DNA from: Octopus vulgaris
Taxonomy: Eukaryota
NCBI GenBank assembly: GCA_951406725.2
Contig: OX597816.1
Span: 168,516,001-168,580,000, forward strand
Direction of reading: 5' to 3'
DNA length: 64,000 bases
The position numbers and the translations under genes are program-made. How positions within the stretch are numbered: the stretch's first letter is position 1; every line of letters starts with the position of its first letter. Under the pieces are notes generated by a model, which was not told the origin of the DNA, did not search any database, and saw only the letters and a program-made list of their open reading frames with translations. Of this stretch, positions 59,437 through 64,000 are shown in pieces.

Positions 59437-59630
59437 TCCAATATGTAAGTCTGAAGTTTAACTACTGAATTAATTCAATATAAACCTAGTATATAGGCAC
59501 AGAGTATAATGAAAAAAAAAGACACAAGAGAATGGAGATTTATTCATAATTTAATCAGCAACATGCATACGTTTCAAATAGAATGGCACAGCTCAAAATG
59601 CTGCGATACTTCAATTATATATATATATAT

Positions 59631-60038
59631 AGGCGCAGGAGTGGCTGTGTGGTAAGTAGCTTGCTAACCAACCACATGGGTCTGGGTTCAGTCCCACTGC
59701 GTGGCATCTTGGGCAAGTGTCTTCTGCTATAGCCCCGGGCCGACCAATGCCTTGTGAGTGGATTTGGTAGACGGAAACTGAAAGAAGCCTGTCGTATATA
59801 TGTATATATATATATATGTGTGTGTGTGTTTGTGTGTCTGTGTTTGTCCCCCTAGCATTGCTTGACAACCGATGCTGGTGTGTTTACGTCCCCGTCACTT
59901 AGCGGTTCGGCAAAAGAGACCGATAGAATATGTACTGGGCTTACAAAGAATAAGTCCCAGGGTCGATTTGCTCGACTAAAGGCAGTGCTCCAGCATGGCC
60001 GCAGTCAAATGACTGAAACAAGTAAAAGAGTAAAAGAA
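59631..60038 (+). mobile_element. SINE family A
   Basis: Full-length copy. Confidence 0.92.
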
Positions 60039-60079
60039 TATATATATTCAGTCAATCCTATATTTGATCGATTAAAATG

Positions 60080-61100
60080 CTACAGGGAAAGAGGAATTCA
60101 ACACCATCCGTCTCTTATCAAAGCTCTATCATCACTGTTTATATTGCTAAACATTTTAAGAGTTCAGCAATATTTAACTCACCAGTTCATGCTCAAAATG
60201 GTAGGGTAAGTTGAAATAAACCTATTTAGTAGATATATTATTCAGATCATGATAAAATTGTAATTTGATTCATAATATCTCTCAACAACTAGAATGATTA
60301 GAAGACAGGATGAGTTAAGGAGAATTCTAAAGGAAAAATTTTGAAAGATGGTATTCACTAAGGAGAATATTGAGAATATTCCATTACACATTAGAAGACT
60401 GTAAGTTAGGAATAATTATGTTCCAAACTTGGATAAGAAAGCTAGGATAAAGCAATTTTAAAAGTATAAAGTATATACATAAAATAAAATTCAAATTGAA
60501 AGAGGCTTAATTAAATCAGAGATTAAGGACTCAAATTAATACTTGTCACTTATTAGACATAAGTATGCTAATCATAAGAAGCATGCATTATAAAAATTAC
60601 AAAATTGAGATTAAAAATTTTTAAATAAAAAACATTAAACAATTCTATATAAAAATATAACTTAAATTAAACTTTAATTTTAAAATTATAGTTTAATTCT
60701 AGTTATAAATATAGATATTTTTAAAATATCATTCAAATAATTGAAAATGATATAGTTGTATATACTAAATCATACTAGCTTTGCTAAATACACTGGACCA
60801 TATATATCTATATCCCAAAAATAGGATGAAGACCAGCCTGGCAAAATATGTCTGGGAATTAAAAGAAAAGAAGCCCAACCTTTCAATGTAACATGGAGTA
60901 TTTTGGATAGAGCTGCACCGTACAGGCATGGTGCACATAAAGGACCCATCAAATGTGATTTATGCCTGCTGGAAAAATATTTCATTTTATTCCAGGATAA
61001 TAACTCTTTAAATGAAAGATGCGAACTCTTAAATTCATGCAGACACACAGCTAAATTTTAAATGTTGGCTAGCAATATACCATATGGATAGTGTATATTT
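60080..61100 (+). mobile_element. Decayed Penelope-like element (RT end and GIY-YIG C-terminus)
   Basis: QHHPSLIKAL, then LAKYVWELKEK..FNVTWSILDRAAPY...CDLCLLEKYFIL...LNERCELLNSCRH.KF. Confidence 0.8.
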
Positions 61101-62254
61101 TTGATTCTTGGACTAGATTTTAATCACACTGTTGGATTTGTTTCTTATTATGCATGATTTATTTTGAATCGCAAAGTTATTGTATATATTTCAACATATT
61201 TCTTAAGGAAAACCTTCGACTGTTATATACAAATATTATTTTCTTGTTTAAGATTCTGCTTTTATTTTATTTCATTTTACTGTATTTTATAAACCTATTT
61301 TAATCGTTTAATTTATAGATAACTCGATACAGGGTGTTCTATTTTGCATGTTTTTTTATCTGAATTTTATTATTATGCACTCAGCAATTTTTTAAAATAA
61401 TGTTGTTTGTATATACATCAGGACCTAGACATGTTTTTATGTGGATGTTTGTATTGTTGGCATGCATATGTATTCGTATGTATGCGCCTATGTATATGTG
61501 TAAGTAAGCGTGTATGTTTATACTTGGGAACATACATACATGGATGTATATGTATTCAGGTATTCACTTGGATTTGTGTGGATGTGTATTTACGTACTTA
61601 TTTCCATATATTTATATGTGTGTTCTTATATGTGTATTTATTGCTAATATACACTTTTATATGCACATATATACGTAATTTTATTTTGTATACGTTCGTT
61701 ATACATATTCAGCCTCCCTTCTTTCTTCCTTTCTTTCTTTTCCTTCCTTACGGAAAAGTATTTTTTCTCCCCCTATTCGTTACTTGTATAGAGTCCTTTA
61801 ACTTTGCGTGTCCCTCTCCTTCTCTTACTCATTTCTTTCGCTACTGTTACATATAAGATCCTTCCCTTTTCTTTTTCTTACCCCCCTCTCTGCGTTTTAC
61901 TTCTCGTCTATATCTATACACCAACTGATTTTTGCATGCGGGCAAGATTGCATACTTATATGTATTTATGTGTATATTTACATCTTACATATATATGTCT
62001 GCATATGCATGTAGTCTGTATATATCTGTCTATGTATTTTGATGTATATATGTATATTGATGGTTTAGTATGTGTATATACAGTTATAAAATATTTTAAT
62101 TTTTAATGTATTAATTGTATTAATCGAATTATATTTCATATATAATTATTGGCAATATGTATTTTGAATCCACTCTTTAATTTAAGGTTTTTCCTCGATT
62201 TTTATAATAGGATGAATTTATATTGAATATATATATATATATATGGCATAACTA

Positions 62255-63670
62255 CCCCACTGACTTTGTTGCCTCATAACTTCCAAAAAAAAATGAATAA
62301 TTTTAAACGAAACTTTCAACAAATAATCGCTTAGGTCCTGTTGATTGAGTGTATGTAAGGATTTGTTGGAAAAAATTTTCCGAGAGGTTGGTGAGAGGAG
62401 CTTTGGAAAATTCCCACAACCCAACATTTTCTCCCCTCATGACTTTCAGGAAAACAGGGTTTTTTTTTTAATGAAATATTTTTCAAACAGTATAGATTAC
62501 GATTACAAAGAAATCTGTAGGCAAAATTTTTTGGAAGTGGGTGGAGGAAAAAGTGTGTGATTTAAGGGAGATTTGGCTGTCGTTTTTTTCTCTCTCAAAT
62601 ATGTATTGATGTTTTTCAATATTTTCCATCATAAACACATTTAAGCTATAGAAAAAAGGAAAATTTTTTAATTTAGGATTTTCTTTTAGCACCACTTCCT
62701 GCTCCCAATTGTTTCTCTTTATATAATTCTAAAATATTGGAGAGCCTGAGGAGATAATTACAGGGATTTATCTGGAGTAATTTTAATAAGAGGTATGTAA
62801 AAGATGATTTAGCATAATTTTCTGTTAGAAAATGTTCTTTTCCTTATACACACAAATACATGGTCACACACAGTTGGGGTGTGAGTAAAAATTTAAATTA
62901 CCAATTTTCTTTCTTTGCTTATATCCCAGCAATAGACTATGCGTGTGTTACTTTGACATTATCATTCCACAATATGTGTTTATGGGGAGATAAATATTGA
63001 AAAATATCAATAGATGTGAGAGTGAGAAAGATACGAGGAGGGAGGTCTTGGGATGTGCTAGAAACAACTGCCAGATCTTCCTTAATCACACATTTTCCTC
63101 TGAAATTATTAACAATTTTTTGTTTTAAATCGAAAATGTTTCTCTCACGGGTTTTAAGTGCGTAGTGATAAAAAAATTTGGCCAATATTGGTTGGGACTG
63201 GGGTTAATGAGGGAGTGAAGAAAAAAATCATAAATTTTCAAAATTTTTTCTTTTTTTTCATGAAAAGATGTCTCCCATCATTCCAAAAACTTTACTGAAT
63301 AAAAATTGGAAAAAAATCCCCATCAAAATGGAGAAATTTTGACTTATGTGGGCCGTCTGATCTGAAACTCTTTCCCCTAACCCCTTCCAAAATATTTTGC
63401 CTCCAAATTTCTTTGCAATCATAATCTACACCGTTTGAAAGATGTTTGTATAAAATTTCATTTAAAAAATCCCCTTTTCTAAAAGTTATGAAGGGAAAAA
63501 TGTTGGGTCCTGTAAATTTTCCGAAACTCCTCTCCCCAACCCATCAGAAAATTTTTTCTAACAAACCCTTACATACACTCAATCTACAGGATCTAAGCAA
63601 TTATTTGTTGAAAGTTTCATTAAAAAGCATCCGTTTTTTTGGAAGTTACGAGGCAACAAATTCCGTGGGG
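62255..63670. mobile_element. Non-autonomous DNA transposon with long (about 280 bp) TIRs and TA flanks
   Basis: TA|CCCCAC...GTGGGG|TA. ORFs 62218-62427(-) and 63446-63730(+) are mirror copies. Confidence 0.85.
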
Positions 63671-64000
63671 TATATATCTATAGTTATGCCTTTACACAAA
63701 CACACACAAACACACACACACAGTAAATAGCTTCGTTGGAGATATTTTTCCTCCATGAGTTGAGTTTACAAAAATAAAAAAAAGGAAAAAGCACAATGTA
63801 TATATTTTTTATGAGATAAAATATGTATGTAGTCAGCCGGTTTCGCTTTTGCTAATAATCTTTTATCTTTTACTTGTTTCAGTCATTTGACTGCAGCCAT
63901 TCTCGGACACCGCCTTGTGAAAATATTACAATTTTATGGTATCATAAGAAGTTTTCAGTCAATTTTAAAAACAGGAAAGTTGTTTTGTAAAGTTGTTTTA

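Overview
AT-rich, repeat-dense eukaryotic DNA. The SINE families and microsatellite load point to a cephalopod, most likely Octopus (inference). One host gene can be built on the + strand from eight phase-consistent GT-AG exons (6401-6539, 8664-8721, 15268-15429, 18629-18818, 29269-29342, 32581-32716, 38804-38887, 40605-40699). It encodes about 306 aa (ATG 6418, TAA 40697-40699): an N-terminal Smad MH2-type domain, no MH1 and no SSXS tail, resembling the Expansion/Rebuf class of atypical Smad-like proteins. The remainder is mobile-element material. It includes four tRNA-derived SINE families, RTE LINE 3' ends carrying a 63-nt hairpin/pseudoknot unit (about 9-10 tandem copies at 35.7-36.3 kb), and a full-length decayed Gypsy element with nested insertions (20132-26912). 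There is also a decayed hAT transposase, hAT/Merlin/piggyBac-like MITEs, Tc1/mariner fragments and foldbacks, Helitrons, and Penelope-like remnants, several of which carry type I hammerhead ribozyme motifs with unusually long helix II. Nearly all ORFs in the supplied track are artefacts of microsatellites or repeats. All family assignments come from motif recognition by eye; no database search was run.
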